DNA of 64,000 nt, taken from the NCBI RefSeq assembly GCF_964204645.1, contig NC_134032.1, positions 14,930,275 through 14,994,274 on the forward strand, in the 5' to 3' direction. Below the pieces are notes generated by a model. The model saw only the letters and a program-made list of their open reading frames with translations, was not told the DNA's origin and searched no databases. This DNA comes from Tubulanus polymorphus. Its lineage: Eukaryota; Animalia; Nemertea. Of the stretch, positions 22,701 to 38,030 are shown piece after piece (the stretch's first letter is position 1; each line of letters begins with the position of its first letter). Made by a program: the position numbers and the translations under genes.

Positions 22701-25700
22701 AGTGTATTAATTAACACCCAGCAGCAAGCAGCAGTATTAAAGGAGGCCATCAGTGTTGTAACACACTGACAATTCAGTTTGTTTGTCACGTTTCTACATG
22801 ACAGTTGAAGAAGGAAGGAGGAGACTCCTGCACTCAATATCACCCCAAAACAGAGTGTATTAATTAACACGCAGCAGCAAGCAGCAGTATTAAAGGAGGC
22901 CATCAGTGTTGTAACACACTGACAATTCAGTTCGTTTGTCACGTTTCTACATGAAAGTTGAAGAAGGAAGGAGGAGACTCCTGAACTCAATATCACCCCA
23001 AAACAGAGCCAGCAGCAAGCAGCAGTATTTAAGGAGAATGATTCTTGATGTTATAATGTTTAATGTGATAATTTTTATTATAATAATGTTTAGTGTAATA
23101 ATTCAAGAAGTTCATGGAAGGTGGTAAGAATTAACACGCAGCAGCAAGCAGCAGTATTAAAGGAGGCCATCAGTGTTGTAACGCACTGACAATTCAGTTT
23201 GTTTGTCACGGTTCTACATGACCGTTGAAGAAGGAAGGAGGAGACTCCTGCACTCAATATCACCCCAATACAGAGTGTATTAATAAACACCCAGCAGCAA
23301 GCAGCAGTATTAAAGGAGGTCATCAGTTTTGTAACACACTGACAATTCAGTTTGTTTGTCACGTTTCTACATGACAGTTGAAGAAGGAAGGAGGAGACTC
23401 CTGCACTCAATATCACCCCAATACAGAGTGTATTAAGTAACACCCAGCAGCAAGCAGCAGTATTAAAGGAGGTCATCAGTTTTGTAACACACTGACAATT
23501 CAGTTTGTTTGTCACGTTTCTACATGACAGTTGAAGAAGGAAGGAGAAGACTCCTGAACTCAATATCACCCCAAAACAGAGCCAGCAGCAAGCAGCAGTA
23601 TTTAAGGAGAATGATTCTTGATGTTATAATGTTTAATGTGATAATTTTTATTATAATAATGTTTAGTGTAATAATTCAAGAAGTTCATGGAAGGTGGTAA
23701 GAATTAACACGCAGCAGCAAGCAGCAGTATTAAAGGAGGCCATCAGTGTTGTAACGCACTGACAATTCAGTTTGTTTGTCACGGTTCTACATGACCGTTG
23801 AAGAAGGAAGGAGGAGACTCCTGAACTCAATATCACCTTAAAACAGAGTGTAGCAATTAACACCCAGCAGCAAGCAGCAGTATTTAAAGGAGGTCATCAG
23901 TCTTGTACCACACTGACAATTCAGTTTGTTTGTCACGTTTCTACATGACAGTTGAAGAAGGAAGGAGGAGACTCCTGCACTCAATATCACCCCAATACAG
24001 AGTGTATTAAGTAACACCCAGCAGCAAGCAGCAGTATTAAAGGAGGTCATCAGTTTTGTAACACACTGACAATTCAGTTTGTTTGTCACGTTTCTACATG
24101 ACAGTTGAAGAAGGAAGGAGAAGACTCCTGAACTCAATATCACCCCAAAACAGAGCCAGCAGCAAGCAGCAGTATTAAAGGAGCCCATCAGTGTTGTAAC
24201 ACACTGACAATTCAGTTTGTTTGTCACGTTTCTACATGACAGTTGAAGAAGGAAGGAGGAGACTCCTGAACTCAATATCACCCCAAAACAGAGCCAGCAG
24301 CAAGCAGCAGTATTTAAGGAGAATGATTCTTGATGTTATAATGTTTAATGTAATAATTTTTATTATAATAATGTTTAATGTAATAATTCAAGAAGTTCAT
24401 GGAAGGTGGTAAGAATTAACACCCAGCAGCAAGCAGCAGTATTAAAGGAGGTCATCAGTGTTGTAACGCACTGACAATTCAGTTCGTTTGTCACGTTTCT
24501 GCATGACAGTTGAAGAAGGAAGGAGGAGACTCCTGAACTCAATATCACCTTAAAACAGAGTGTAGCAATTAACACCCAGCAGCAAGCAGCAGTATTAAAG
24601 GAGGTCATCAGTCTTGTACCACACTGACAATTGAGTTTGTTTGTCACGTTTCTACATGACAGTTCACAACCTTCAGGTGCAAGGAACCAAAGTGAAGCTA
24701 TCAAACAATAGCATCTTTGAGTATAACACTTAATCCGTAATGTGATAATAATTTGCTGATACAATATATACAGAGAACCAACACCAGCATTATTTCAATG
24801 ATTCAACCACCACAAAGCTATCGATGGATAGCTGTTTTGAATATTTATACATTTAAAACGTAAAGTCGCAATAAGGACGATCAGGAAACATAATCAATCC
24901 CATTTCACCATTACAATATATACAAAGTACCAACACCAGCGACATTTCAAAGATTCAACCACCACAAAGCTATCGATGGATAGCTGTTTTGAATATTTAT
25001 ACATTTAAAACGTAAAGTCGCAATAAGGACGATCAGGAAACATAATCAATCCCAATTCACTGACATATATTACAATATATACAAAGTACCAACACCAGCG
25101 ACATTTCAAAGATTCAACCACCACAAAGCTATCGATGGATAGCTGTTTTAAATATTTATACATTTAAAACGTTAAGTCGCGATGAGGATGATCAGGAAAC
25201 ATAATCAATCCCAATTCACCGACATATATTACAATATATACAAAGTACCAACACCAGCGACATTTCAAAGATTCAACCACCACAAAGCTATCGATGGATA
25301 GCTGTTTTGAATATTCATACATTTAAAACGTAAAGTCGCAATAAGGACGATCAGGAAACATAATCAATCCCATTTCACCATTACAATATATACAAAGTAC
25401 CAACACCAGCGACATTTCAAAGATTCAACCACCACAAAGCTATCGATGGATAGCTGTTTTGAATATTTATACATTTAAAACGTAAAGTCGCAATAAGGAC
25501 GATCAGGAAACATAATCAATCCCAATTCACTGACATATATTACAATATATACAAAGTACCAACACCAGCGACATTTCAAAGATTCAACCACCACAAAGCT
25601 ATCGATGGATAGCTGTTTTAAATATTTATACATTTAAAACGTTAAGTCGCGATGAGGATGATCAGGAAACATAATCAATCCCAATTCACCGACATATATT

Positions 25701-28700
25701 ACAATATATACACAGTACCAACACCAGCGACATTTCAATGATACAACCACCACAAAGCTATCGATGGATAGCTGTTTTAAATATTTATACATTTAAAACG
25801 TAAAGTCGCGATGAGGACGATCAGGAAACATAATCAATCCCAATTCACCGACATATATTACAATATATACAACCAACACCAGCGAAATTTCAAAGATTCA
25901 ACCACCACAAAGCTATCGATGGATAGCTGTTTTAAATATTTATACACTTAAAACGTAAAGTCGCAATAAGGAAGATCAGGAAACATAATCAATCCCATTT
26001 CACCACTACAATATATACAAAGTACCAACACCAGCGACATTTCAAAGATTCAACCATCACAAAGCTATCGATGGATAGCTGTTTTGAATATTTTATATTT
26101 AAAACATAAAGTCGCAATAAGGACGATCAGGAAACATGATCAATCCCAATTCACCGATATATATTACAATATATACAAAGAACCAACACCAGCGACATTT
26201 CAAAGATTCAACCACCACAAAGCTATCGATGGATAGCTGTTTTGAATATTTATACATTTAAAACGTTAAGTCGCGATGAGGACGATCAGGAAACATAATC
26301 AGTCCCAATTCACCGACATACATTACAATATATACAAAGTACCAACACCAGCGACATTTCAAAGATTCAACCACCACAAAGCTATCGATGGATAGCTGTT
26401 TTGAATATTTATACAATTAAAACGTAAAGTCGTAATGAGGATGATCAGGAAGCAAAACTCGCCAAAACTCAATATCACTCCAAAACAGAGTGTATTAATT
26501 AACACCCAGCAGCAAGCAGCAGTATTAAAGGAGGCCATCAGTGTTGTAACACACTGACAATTCAGTTCGTTTGTCACGTTTCTACATGACAGTTGAAGAA
26601 GGAAGGAGGAGACTCCTGCACTCAATATCACCCCAAAACAGAGTGTATTAATTAACACGCAGCAGCAAGCAGCAGTATTAAAGGAGGCCATCAGTGTTGT
26701 AACACACTGACAATTCAGTTCGTTTGTCACGTTTCTACATGACAGTTGAAGAAGGAAGGAGGAGACTCCTGAACTCAATATCACCCCAAAACAGAGCCAG
26801 CAGCAAGCAGCAGTATTTAAGGAGAATGATTCTTGATGTTATAATGTTTAATGTGATAATTTTTATTATAATAATGTTTAGTGTAATAATTCAAGAAGTT
26901 TATGGAAGGTGGTAAGAATTAACACGCAGCAGCAAGCAGCAGTATTAAAGGAGGCCATCAGTGTTGTAACGCACTGACAATTCAGTTTGTTTGTCACGTT
27001 TCTACATGACAGTTGAAGAAGGAAGGAGGAGACTCCTGAACTCAATATCACCCCAAAACAGAGCCAGCAGCAAGCAGCAGTATTTAAGGAGAATGATTCT
27101 TGATGTTATAATGTTTAATGTAATAATTTTTATTATAATAATGTTTAATGTAATAATTCAAGAAGTTCATGGAAGGTGGTAAGAATTAACACGCAGCAGC
27201 AAGCAGCAGTATTAAAGGAGGTCATCAGTGTTGTAACGCACTGACAATTCAGTTCGTTTGTCACGTTTCTGCATGACAGTTGAAGAAGGAAGGAGGAGAC
27301 TCCTGAACTCAATATCACCTTAAAACAGAGTGTAGCAATTAACACCCAGCAGCAAGCAGCAGTATTTAAAGGAGGTCATCAGTCTTGTACCACACTGACA
27401 ATTCAGTTTGTTTGTCACGTTTCTACATGACAGTTGAAGAAGGAAGGAGGAGACTCCTGCACTCAATATCACCCCAATACAGAGTGTATTAAGTAACACC
27501 CAGCAGCAAGCAGCAGTATTAAAGGAGGTCATCAGTTTTGTAACACACTGACAATTCAGTTTGTTTGTCACGTTTCTACATGACAGTTGAAGAAGGAAGG
27601 AGAAGACTCCTGAACTCAATATCACCCCCAAAACAGAGCCAGCAGCAAGCAGCAGTATTTAAGGAGAATGATTCTTGATGTTATAATGTTTAATGTAATA
27701 ATTTTTATTATAATAATGTTTAATGTAATAATTCAAGAAGTTCATGGAAGGTGGTAAGAATTAACACCCAGCAGCAAGCAGCAGTATTAAAGGAGGTCAT
27801 CAGTGTTGTAACGCACTGACAATTCAGTTCGTTTGTCACGTTTCTGCATGACAGTTGAAGAAGGAAGGAGGAGACTCCTGAACTCAATATCACCTTAAAA
27901 CAGAGTGTAGCAATTAACACCCAGCAGCAAGCAGCAGTATTTAAAGGAGGTCATCAGTGTTGTACCACACTGACAATTCAGTTTGTTTGTCACGTTTCTA
28001 CATGACAGTTCACAACCTTCAGGTGCAAGGAACCAAAGTGAAGCTATCAAACAATAGCATCTTTGAGTATAACACTTTTAAAATCCGTAATGTGATAATA
28101 ATTTGCTGATACAATATATACAGAGAACCAACACCAGCATTATTTTAATGATTCAACCACCACAAAGCTATCGATGGATAGCTGTTTTGAATATTTATAC
28201 ATTTAAAACGTAAAGTCGCAATAAGGACGATCAGGAAACATAATCAATCCCATTTCACCATTACAATATATACACAGAACCAACACCAGCGACATTTCAA
28301 TGATTCAACCACCACAAAGCTATCGATGGATAGCTGTTTTAAATATTTATACATTTAAAACGTAAAGTCGCAATAAGGACGATCAGGAAACATAATCAAT
28401 CCCATTTCACCATTACAATATATACAAAGTACCAACACCAGCGACATTTCAAAGATTCAACCACCACAAAGCTATCGATGGATAGCTGTTTTGAATATTT
28501 ATACATTTAAAACGTAAAGTCGCAATAAGGACGATCAGGAAACATAATCAATCCCAATTCACTGACATATATTACAATATATACAAAGTACCAACACCAG
28601 CGACATTTCAAAGATTCAACCACCACAAAGCTATCGATGGATAGCTGTTTTAAATATTTATACATTTAAAACGTTAAGTCGCGATGAGGATGATCAGGAA

Positions 28701-31495
28701 ACATAATCAATCCCAATTCACCGACATATATTACAATATATACAAAGTACCAACACCAGCGACATTTCAAAGATTCAACCACCACAAAGCTATCGATGGA
28801 TAGCTGTTTTGAATATTTATACATTTAAAACGTAAAGTCGCAATGAGGACGATCAGGAAACATAATCAATCCCAATTCACCGACATATATTACAATATAT
28901 ACAACCAACACCAGCGAAATTTCAAAGATTCAACCACCACAAAGCTATCGATGGATAGCTGTTTTAAATATTTATACACTTAAAACGTAAAGTCGCAATA
29001 AGGAAGATCAGGAAACATAATCAATCCCATTTCACCACTACAATATATATACAAAGTACCAACACCAGCGACATTTCAAAGATTCAACCACCACAAAGCT
29101 ATCGATGGATAGCTGTTTTGAATATTTTATATTTAAAACGTAAAGTCGCAATAAGGACGATCAGGAAACATGATCAATCCCAATTCACCGATATATATTA
29201 CAATATATACAAAGAACCAACACCAGCGACATTTCAAAGATTCAACCACCACAAAGCTATCGATGGATAGCTGTTTTGAATATTTATACATTTAAAACGT
29301 TAAGTCGTAATGAGGACAATCAGGAAACATGATCAATCCCAATTCACCGATATATATTACAATATATACAAAGAACCAACACCAGCGACATTTCAAAGAT
29401 TCAACCACCACAAAGCTATCGATGGATAGCTGTTTTGAATATTTATACATTTAAAACGTAAAGTCGCGATGAGGACGATCAGGAAACATAATCAGTCCCA
29501 ATTCACCGACATATATTACAATATATACAAAGTACCAACACCAGCGACATTTCAAAGATTCAACCACCACAAAGCTATCGATGGATAGCTGTTTTGAATA
29601 TTTATACAATTAAAACGTAAAGTCGTAATGAGGACGATCAGGAAGCAAAACTCGCCAAAACTCAATATCACTCCAAAACAGAGTGTATTAATTAACACCC
29701 AGCAGCAAGCAGCAGTATTAAAGGAGGCCATCAGTGTTGTAACACACTGACAATTCAGTTCGTTTGTCACGTTTCTACATGACAGTTGAAGAAGGAAGGA
29801 GAAGACTCCTGCACTCAATATCACCCCAAAACAGAGTGTATTAATTAACACCCAGCAACAAGCAGCAGTATCAAAGGAGGCCATCAGTGTTGTAACACAC
29901 TGACAATTCAGTTCGTTTGTCACGTTTCTACATGAAAGTTGAAGAAGGAAGGAGGAGACTCCTGAACTCAATATCACCCCAAAACAGAGCCAGCAGCAAG
30001 CAGCAGTATTTAAGGAGAATGATTCTTGATGTTATAATGTTTAATGTGATAATTTTTATTATAATAATGTTTAGTGTAATAATTCAAGAAGTTCATGGAA
30101 GGTGGTAAGAATTAACACGCAGCAGCAAGCAGCGGTATTAAAGGAGGTCATCAGTTTTGTAACACACTGACAATTCAGTTTGTTTGTCACGTTTCTACAT
30201 GACAATTGAAGAAGGAAGGAGGAGACTCCTGCACTCAATATCACTCCAAAACAGAGTGTATCAATTAACACGCAGCAGCAAGCAGCAGTATTAAAGGAGG
30301 CCATCAGTGTTGTAACACACTGACAATTCAGTTCCTTTGTCACGTTTCTACATGACAGTTGAAGAAGGAAGGAGGAGACTCCTGCACTCAATAACACTCC
30401 AAAACAGAGTGTATCAATTAACACGCAGCAGCAAGCAGCAGTATTAAAGGAGGCCATCAGTGTTGTAACACACTGACAATTCAGTTTGTTTGTCACGTTT
30501 CTACATGACAGTTGAAGAAGGAAGGAGGAGACTCCTGCACTCAATATCACCCCAAAACAGTGTGTATTAATTAACACCCAGCAGCAAGCAGCAGTATTAA
30601 GGGAGGTCATCAGTGTTGTAACACACTGACAATTTTGTTCGTTTGTCACGTTTCTACATGACAGTTGAAGAAGGAAGGAGGAGACTCCTGAACTCAATAT
30701 CACCCCAAAACAGAGTGTATTAATCAACACCCAGCAGAAAGCAGCAGTATTAAAGGAGGCCATCAGTGTTGTAACACACTGACAATTCAGTTTGTTTGTC
30801 ACGTTTCTACATGACAGTTGAAGAAGGAAGGAGGAGACTCCTGAACTCAATATCACCCCAAAACAGAGCCAGCAGCAAGCAGCAGTATTTAAGGAGAATG
30901 ATTCTTGATGTTATAATGTTTAATGTGATAATTTTTATTATAATAATGTTTAGTGTAATAATTCAAGAAGTTCATGGAAGGTGGTAAGAATTAACATGCA
31001 GCAGCAAGCAGCAGTATTAAAGGAGGTCATCAGTGTTGTAACGCACTGACAATTCAGTTTGTTTGTCACGGTTCTACATGACAGTTGAAGAAGGAAGGAG
31101 GAGACTCCTGAACTCAATATCACCCCAAAACAGAGTGTATTAATTAACACCCAGCAGAAAGCAGCAGTATTAAAGGAGGTCATCAGTGTTGTAACACACT
31201 GACAATTTTGTTCGTTTGTCACGTTTCTACATGACAGTTGAAGAAGGAAGGAGGAGACTCCTGAACTCAATATCACCCCTGAACAGAGTGTATTAATTAA
31301 CACCCAGCAGCAAGCAGCAGTATTAAAGGAGCCCATCAGTGTTGTAACACACTGACAATTCAATTTGTTTGTCACGTTTCTACATGACAGTTGAAGAAGG
31401 AAGGAGGAGACTCCTGCACTCAATATCACCCCAAAACAGAGTGTATTAATTAACACGCAGCAGCAAGCAGCAGTATTAACGGAGGTCATCAGTGA
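19715..31495. repeat. Higher-order composite satellite: alternating blocks of 153-bp (A) and 159-bp (B) monomers plus an AT-rich ~114-bp module
   Basis: Five A blocks and four B blocks (5, 7, 11 and 10 B units counted via agctatcgatggatagct), with constant A-to-B and B-to-A junctions. Confidence 0.95.
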
Positions 31496-32619
31496 TGATT
31501 TAGCAGTAATTGACCAACAGTGTTTTGTAACACTTAACTTTCATCGCCACCAATTGATTTAGCAGTAATTCATCCACTTTCACTTCACTTTTATCATAGT
31601 TTGTAATTCGCTGCATTCAATGAGCAATTTCAAACTTTTTTGTATTGAGGAAACCACAGCAAAAAACTAAATGTATACAAACAATGAGTGTATTATTTAA
31701 TTGTTGATGAGAGAGGAGAGAGAGGAGAGGAGGCATGTACACCTAACACAACATTTAAAACTCAATATCACAACCAAAACAGAGTTGAATGATAGCAAGC
31801 ATCAGCAACATGAAGTTTTCAAATAAGGAAGTAATCAGTATTGTAAGTCACATCTATTTGACAATTCAAGAAGACAAGGGAAGGAGAAGAGTCTCCAAAA
31901 CTCGATATCACCCCTAGAACAGAGTGGAATGAGCAACATGCAGTAGCAAACAACAGTATTTGCCGTAGTAGCAAACAACAGTATTTGCCGTTTTTAAAGG
32001 AGAAGAAAGGAGTATCTTCTGTATTTGATACTCATTTGATGTCATAGCAAGGCCATTACCGGGAGTTATAGAGAACAAAAGGAGAAGCCATGCAACCAGA
32101 AGATTTTAATTGTCTATGATTTTGATATTGTATATAAAAATGGCACGATATATCACCTCGTAGCAGAGGAAGGAGGTAGAACAACCGCAAGATCAGTACA
32201 TCTATCAATGTTTCATTGCATGTATCATTGTTTCAAGAAACCAACTTTCAGTGTTTTGTAACACTTAACTTTCATTACCACCAATTGATTTAGCAGCAAT
32301 TCATCCACAGTGTTTTGTAACTCTTAACTTTCAGATTTGTGTCTTACTTATTTCGTGATGAGAGAGGAGAGAGAGGAGTCTTGTAGGAAATGTAGCCATA
32401 CACCTATCAAAGCTTTTTTTTACAAATGCAAATCAGTTTGTTCGAGACTATGGACGTTTGTTGCTGGAGGAGACAAACTGTATTCCAAATTGAAACCCTT
32501 TTAGCTTTTTCTTAGAGAGATCGAACCCACAAGACGTCTGGCAAAGGCTTCAAACATTTTGATAACTGTTCGCGTAGAGCCAATGATAAAACCAGCATTT
32601 ATCATCATCAAACCAGAGC

Positions 32620-33940
32620 TGAAAACTGCAAACCAGTGAGGGGAAGTATGCACAATCATTGAGATGATTGTTCATAGCTGCAACCAATGGAGTGAACTGT
32701 GACCAGTGAGGGGAAATTAATTTTCAAACCAGTGAGGGGAAATTAGCTCAACCAATGAGATGATTGTTCATAGCTGCAACCAATGGAGAGAACTGCAACC
32801 AGTGAGGGGAAATTAGCTCAACCAATGAGATGATTGTTCATAGCTGCAACCAATGGAGAGAACTGCAACCAGTGAGGGGAAAGTATGCTCAATCAATGAG
32901 ATGATTGTTCATAGCTGCAACCAATGGAGAGAACTGCAACCAGTGAGGGGAAATTAGCTCAACCAATGAGATGATTGTTCATAGCTGCAAACAATGGAGA
33001 GAACTGCAACCAGTGAGGGGAAAGTATGCTCAATCAATGAGATGATTGTTCGTAGCTGCAACCAAGCAAGTGAACTGCAACCAGTGAGAGGAAATCATTT
33101 TTCAAACCAGTGAGGGGAAATTAGCTCAACCAATGAGATGATTGTTCATAGCTGCAACCAATCAAGTGACAACCAGTGATGGGAAAGTATGCACAATCAA
33201 TGAGATGATTGTTCATAGCTGCAACCAATGGAGTGAACTGCAACCTGTGAGGGGAAAGTATGCACAATCATTGAGTTGATTGTTTGTAGCTGCAACCAAT
33301 CAAGTGAACTGCAACAAGTGAGGGGAAAGTATGCACAATCAATGAGATGATTGTTCGTAGCTGCAACCAATCAAGTGACAACCAGTGATGGGAAAGTATG
33401 TACAATCAATAAGATGATTGTTCATAGCTGCAACCAATGGAGTGAATTGCAACCAGTGAGGGGAAAGTATGCACAATCAATGAGATGATTGTTCGTAGCT
33501 GCAACCAATCAAGTGACAACCAGTGATGGGAAAGTATGTACAATCAATGAGATGATTGTTCATAGCTGCAACCAATGGAGTGAATTGCAACCAGTGAGGG
33601 GAAAGTATGCACAATTGATGAGATGATTGTTCGTAGCTGCAACCAATCAAGTGAACAGCGACCAATGAGTGGAAATTATATCTCAAACCAATGCACAATC
33701 AATGGGATGATTGTTTTTGGCTGCAACCAATGGAGTGAACTGCAACAAGTGAGGGGAAAGTATGCACAATCAATGAGATGATTGTTCGTAGCTGCAACCA
33801 ATCAAGTGACAACCAGTGATGGGAAAGTATGTACAATCAATGAGATGATTGTTCATAGCTGCAACCAATGGAGTGAACTGCAACCAATGAGGGGGAAGTA
33901 TGCACAATCAATGAGATGTTTGTTCATAGCTGCAACCAAT
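32620..33940. repeat. ~70-bp tandem repeat (aaccagtgaggggaaagtatgcacaatcaatgagatgattgttcatagctgc...)
   Basis: About 18 copies with 66-71 bp variants. Confidence 0.92.
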
Positions 33941-34324
33941 GATGGTAAAGCATATTGCAAACCAGTAATGGTAAACATAACTCAATCATTTACAAACAAG
34001 TGATAATTAAATACTCTTGCAAGCTAACAGATCAGAGATCACAGGAAGCAACATCAATCCAATCCTTATTTCTTGACATATGATATAAAATGCTCTTCAG
34101 CCTGTGACAAAATGTCTTCGATGTTATACGCTTATTACTATATGCTTAACTTTCAAATATTAAATCAAAAGGAGGAGGGACTTATCTAATGTAATGGTAT
34201 CAATGCTACGAATGTATGTGAAAAGTGAAAAGTAATAGTTTGAAACCAAGATTGAATGCATTCATTCTGTTGTATTGAATAAAGTGAGATCCGATGAAAA
34301 TTATGAAAAAAAGAAAAAAACAAA

Positions 34325-35120
34325 CTATCTACAAATTTACAATATTTACAGAAAATTAAAAAGAGAAATAAAAACAACTATTTACAAATTTACAATATTT
34401 ACAAGAGAAATAAAAACGACTATTTACAAATTTACAATATTTACAAGAGAAATAAAAACTACTATTTACAAATTTACAATATTTACAAGAGAAATAAAAA
34501 CTACTATTTACAAATTTACAATATTTACAAGATAGAGAGAAAGAGAGGGAAAGAGAGAGAGAGAGGAGAGTGAGGAGAGAGAGGAGGGAGAGGAGGAAGG
34601 ATGAAGGAGAGGGGTGAGAGGAAGAAAGGAGAGAGGGGAGAGAGTTAGTGGGTTAGAGAAAGAGGAAGAGAGAGTTAGTGGGTTAGAGAAAGAGGGAGAG
34701 AGTTAGTGGGTTAGAGAAAGAGGAAGAGAGTTAGTGGGTTAGAGAAAGAGAGGGAAAGGATAGAGACAGAAAGGGAAAGGATAGAGACAGAGAGGGAAAG
34801 GATAGAGACAGAGAGGGAAAGGATAGAGACAGAGAGGGAAAGGATAGAGAAAGGTAGAAAAAGAAGGGGTGATAAAAATGATAAAACATATGATAAAAAC
34901 AATAAAACATATGGGTAAAAACGGTTAAAAAGAGGCAGTTTAACGTCATACCACAGGACAAATAGATAAAAATCACTGATAAAATGTATGGATAAAACGT
35001 ATTGTTTCAAAGAGGCAGTTTAACGTCATACCACAGGACAAATAGATAAAAATCACTGATAAAATGTATGGATAAAACGTATTGTTTCAAAGAGGCGGCT
35101 TAACGTTGTACTACAGGACA
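34325..35120. repeat. 39-bp repeat (x4-5), GA-rich minisatellites and an 80-bp duplication
   Basis: tacaaatttacaatatttacaagagaaataaaaactactatt repeats; (gggaaaggatagagacagaga)n; aaagaggcagtttaacgtcatacc... x2.3. Confidence 0.85.
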
Positions 35121-36642
35121 ACTTGAAAATAGAGGTACACTAGCAATACTACTTATATGTTACTAGGTACAGTATTTTAGACAATTCTATAAAATTGTAT
35201 AATTATTTCAACCTCTTCAATACCAAATATCAATTCGACAAAAAGTCATCTTTGAAAACGTTCGTATGAAATAAAACAACAAAACATAATGTAGCATTGA
35301 ATTAATATTAATGTTATCAGAAGCTGAAAATCTGAAATCAACCATCAGCCATAAATGAGGAGGCGGGACTAATGCAATGAACTAATATCAATGCTCCAAA
35401 CTTATAGGTTAAAATCTTGTTAAAACAAAAGATGCAACAAGTGATATCAGTATCAAACTAAGATTGAATGCATTCATTCTGTTGTTTTGAATATTGAAAT
35501 TATTCAATAGAAATAAAAATATTGATTATCAATTAAATCTATATCAAAATTTGCACTAAAATAGTTCGATTTGATGTATAGATTTTATGAAGTTTAGAAA
35601 ATCAAAAACATTTAAGATTATATTTGAAAGGTATAAATAATCATTAAAATCCAAAGTTAGAGATATCTAAAAGATAATTTACAAGTAAAAAATCAAAATC
35701 AATAAAAAAATCTAAAAAGAAATATAATATATACAAATAAAAAGCTATTTAAAAATTTACAACATGTACAAGTACGGATAAAAATGTGTCGATCAAATTG
35801 ATGAAATATTTTATATTTGTCAATCATAATCGGAACCCAAGTGATTTCAGAATGGAATAACTGGGCCTGGCCAATCACTCACTCGATGATCATCAATTAC
35901 TGGTACTACACAACCACAGAAAGAGTGGTTTTTACCGCGCGGTATATTAGGCCAGGTGCACCTCAAAATAATAATGCTGCCTGTTATTATTGGCTTTTTG
36001 AGTGTTGATATGTACATCGATACATCCTCAATCACCAGGGTTTTATTGCCGCCCACCGGCACTCACACTTACACAAACCCTGCTCACAAACCCTACATTG
36101 GTCTCTTACATTGTCCAAGATATCTCGTGTCGACAGGTTGCTGCTAAGCGGCCACCAGTCTTTACATCTAGTCAATCAGATGTGTAGCGAATCTGCAAAA
36201 ACAATGCATCTCATTGACTTAACACATAGACTGGTGACCGCTCAGTGGTAACCTGTCTAACCAAGGAATCTTGAGCAATGAAGTAGACCACTGAAGAATT
36301 GGCAGCCGGGATTTATGATGGCATGAGCTTCGGCAGACGACAATTAAAACCTGGCAAGTGAGGATGATATTGATATTGAATGAAAAAGCTGCATGAAATG
36401 TGTACGAGAACCTTGATAGCAGTGAAAAAAGATAAAAACAAGGGGTGCAGGAAGACCATGCCCTGGATCCTTAAAATTAAAATTAACATTATGTTTCAAT
36501 AACTTGAGAGTAAATTCATCTAATTAAGTGCAAGTTCATCTAGAATTTAAATCATCTATTCTATAACCCGTGATGTAATTATCAATAACAAGAAAACAGG
36601 GGGTAATTAAAACTGGTGTTAACGCTAAAATATTTTAAACAA

Positions 36643-37100
36643 ATGATGAATTTACCCTCAGTTCATTCATTGTTTTAATGATGATCCTGAGAGTGATTTC
36701 AATAATGATGAATTCACCCTCAGTTCATTCGTTGTTTTAATGATGATCCTGAGAGTGATTTCAACAATGATGAATTTACCCTCAGTTCATTCATTGTTTT
36801 AATGATGATCCTGAGAGTGATTTCAACAATGATGAATTCACCCTCAGTTCATTCGTTGTTTTAATGATGATCCTGAGAGTGATTTCAACAATGATGAATT
36901 CACCCTCAGTTCATTCGTTGTTTTAATGATGATCCTGAGAGTAATTTCAACAATGATGAATTTACCCTCAGTTCATTCGTTGTTTTAATGATGATCCTGA
37001 GAGTAATTTCAACAATGATGAATTTACCCTCAGTTCATTCATTGTTTTAATGATGATCCTGAGAGTAATTTCAACAATGATGAATTTACCCTCAGTTCAT
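36643..37100. repeat. 62-bp tandem repeat, about 7.5 copies
   Basis: Unit atgatgaatttaccctcagttcattcgttgttttaatgatgatcctgagagtgatttcaaca. Confidence 0.95.
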
Positions 37101-37529
37101 CACATTCTAAGATGTTACTATTTTATTCAGTGAAAATCTCTGAACTGCATAAAATAATGAGATCTTAAACGGGATTATTAATTAATAACCTGAGTGTAAC
37201 TTATCATAAGATAAATTGACCCTCAGTTTATCAGAGGTTTATACGTACTTTAAGTTAACAACAATAGTTACGACTTGATCAACTTGACCTAAACGAACTT
37301 AAACTTAAACTAAACTTGACTTAAATCAACTGGAACGAATTAAATTTAAAACAGCGAAAATTATTAAAATGACTTAACAAAAACTAACTAATCTAAACTA
37401 AGGCTAACTTGAAACACACTAGTGATTAGATATTAAACATCATGCTCACAATTTAACAAATCCCAGTTCAACAGTTGTGCAATTTTATGCATTTAAATTC
37501 TTGTATCCAAATCCAACTGTGGAACTGAG

Positions 37530-38030
37530 TACGGTTTTGTATGGAACGAAATAAATAAAATAAAAAAATATTGAGTGTATTTTTTATATGATGTTTTCAG
37601 CGACATATTTTGTTATGATGACAACAAATTAGCTTTGATTTATTTCATTTCCAAAAATACTATAGATTATCATTACGTTCAAAGACAAGTTTCGAAAAAG
37701 CCGAGATGACGTCCAATAAAAATAATAACATGACTGCTAGCATTAAGGCTAGAGGAAGTTCTGATTCAAAGATAGTATTGGACTTCACTACTATTTGTAT
37801 ATTGTGCAGGAAAATTGTTGTTACTGTTTGTACTACAAGTGGTTGTATTATTATATCTATCTGATGTCATTGAACTAATAATCTGACACGCCACCTAGTA
37901 GTGATTTTCTGAATCTACGCTTCAATAATCTACGTCAATATCATACGTCGAGATGCTGAAAATATCATATGAAAAATACACTTGCACTTTTTTTTTTATT
38001 TGTCGCATTCCATTATTGTGAAACACCGAC
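37530..38030. mobile_element. Old MITE with long imperfect TIRs
   Basis: agtgtattttttatatgatgttttcagc (~37574) is inverted to gctgaaaatatcatatgaaaaatacact (~37955). Confidence 0.5.

Noticed and set aside
19702-31489. Many Cys-rich ORFs (LQLSCRNVTNKLNCQC..., up to 261 aa)
   Set aside because: They are translations of the 153-bp monomer (a multiple of 3), broken by 1-bp indels and other modules, with no credible starts or splice structure.
19715-31495. Hammerhead-like cores (GAAAC..GTC..CTGATGA on the minus strand of A; GATGAG..GAAAC in B)
   Set aside because: Stems I-III do not pair around the core, and many A units have CTGATGG instead.
36643-37100. Box C/D snoRNA-like array (two ATGATGA and one CTGA per unit)
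   Set aside because: Only 2 nt separate C' and D, with no D' box or terminal stem; better explained as a minisatellite.
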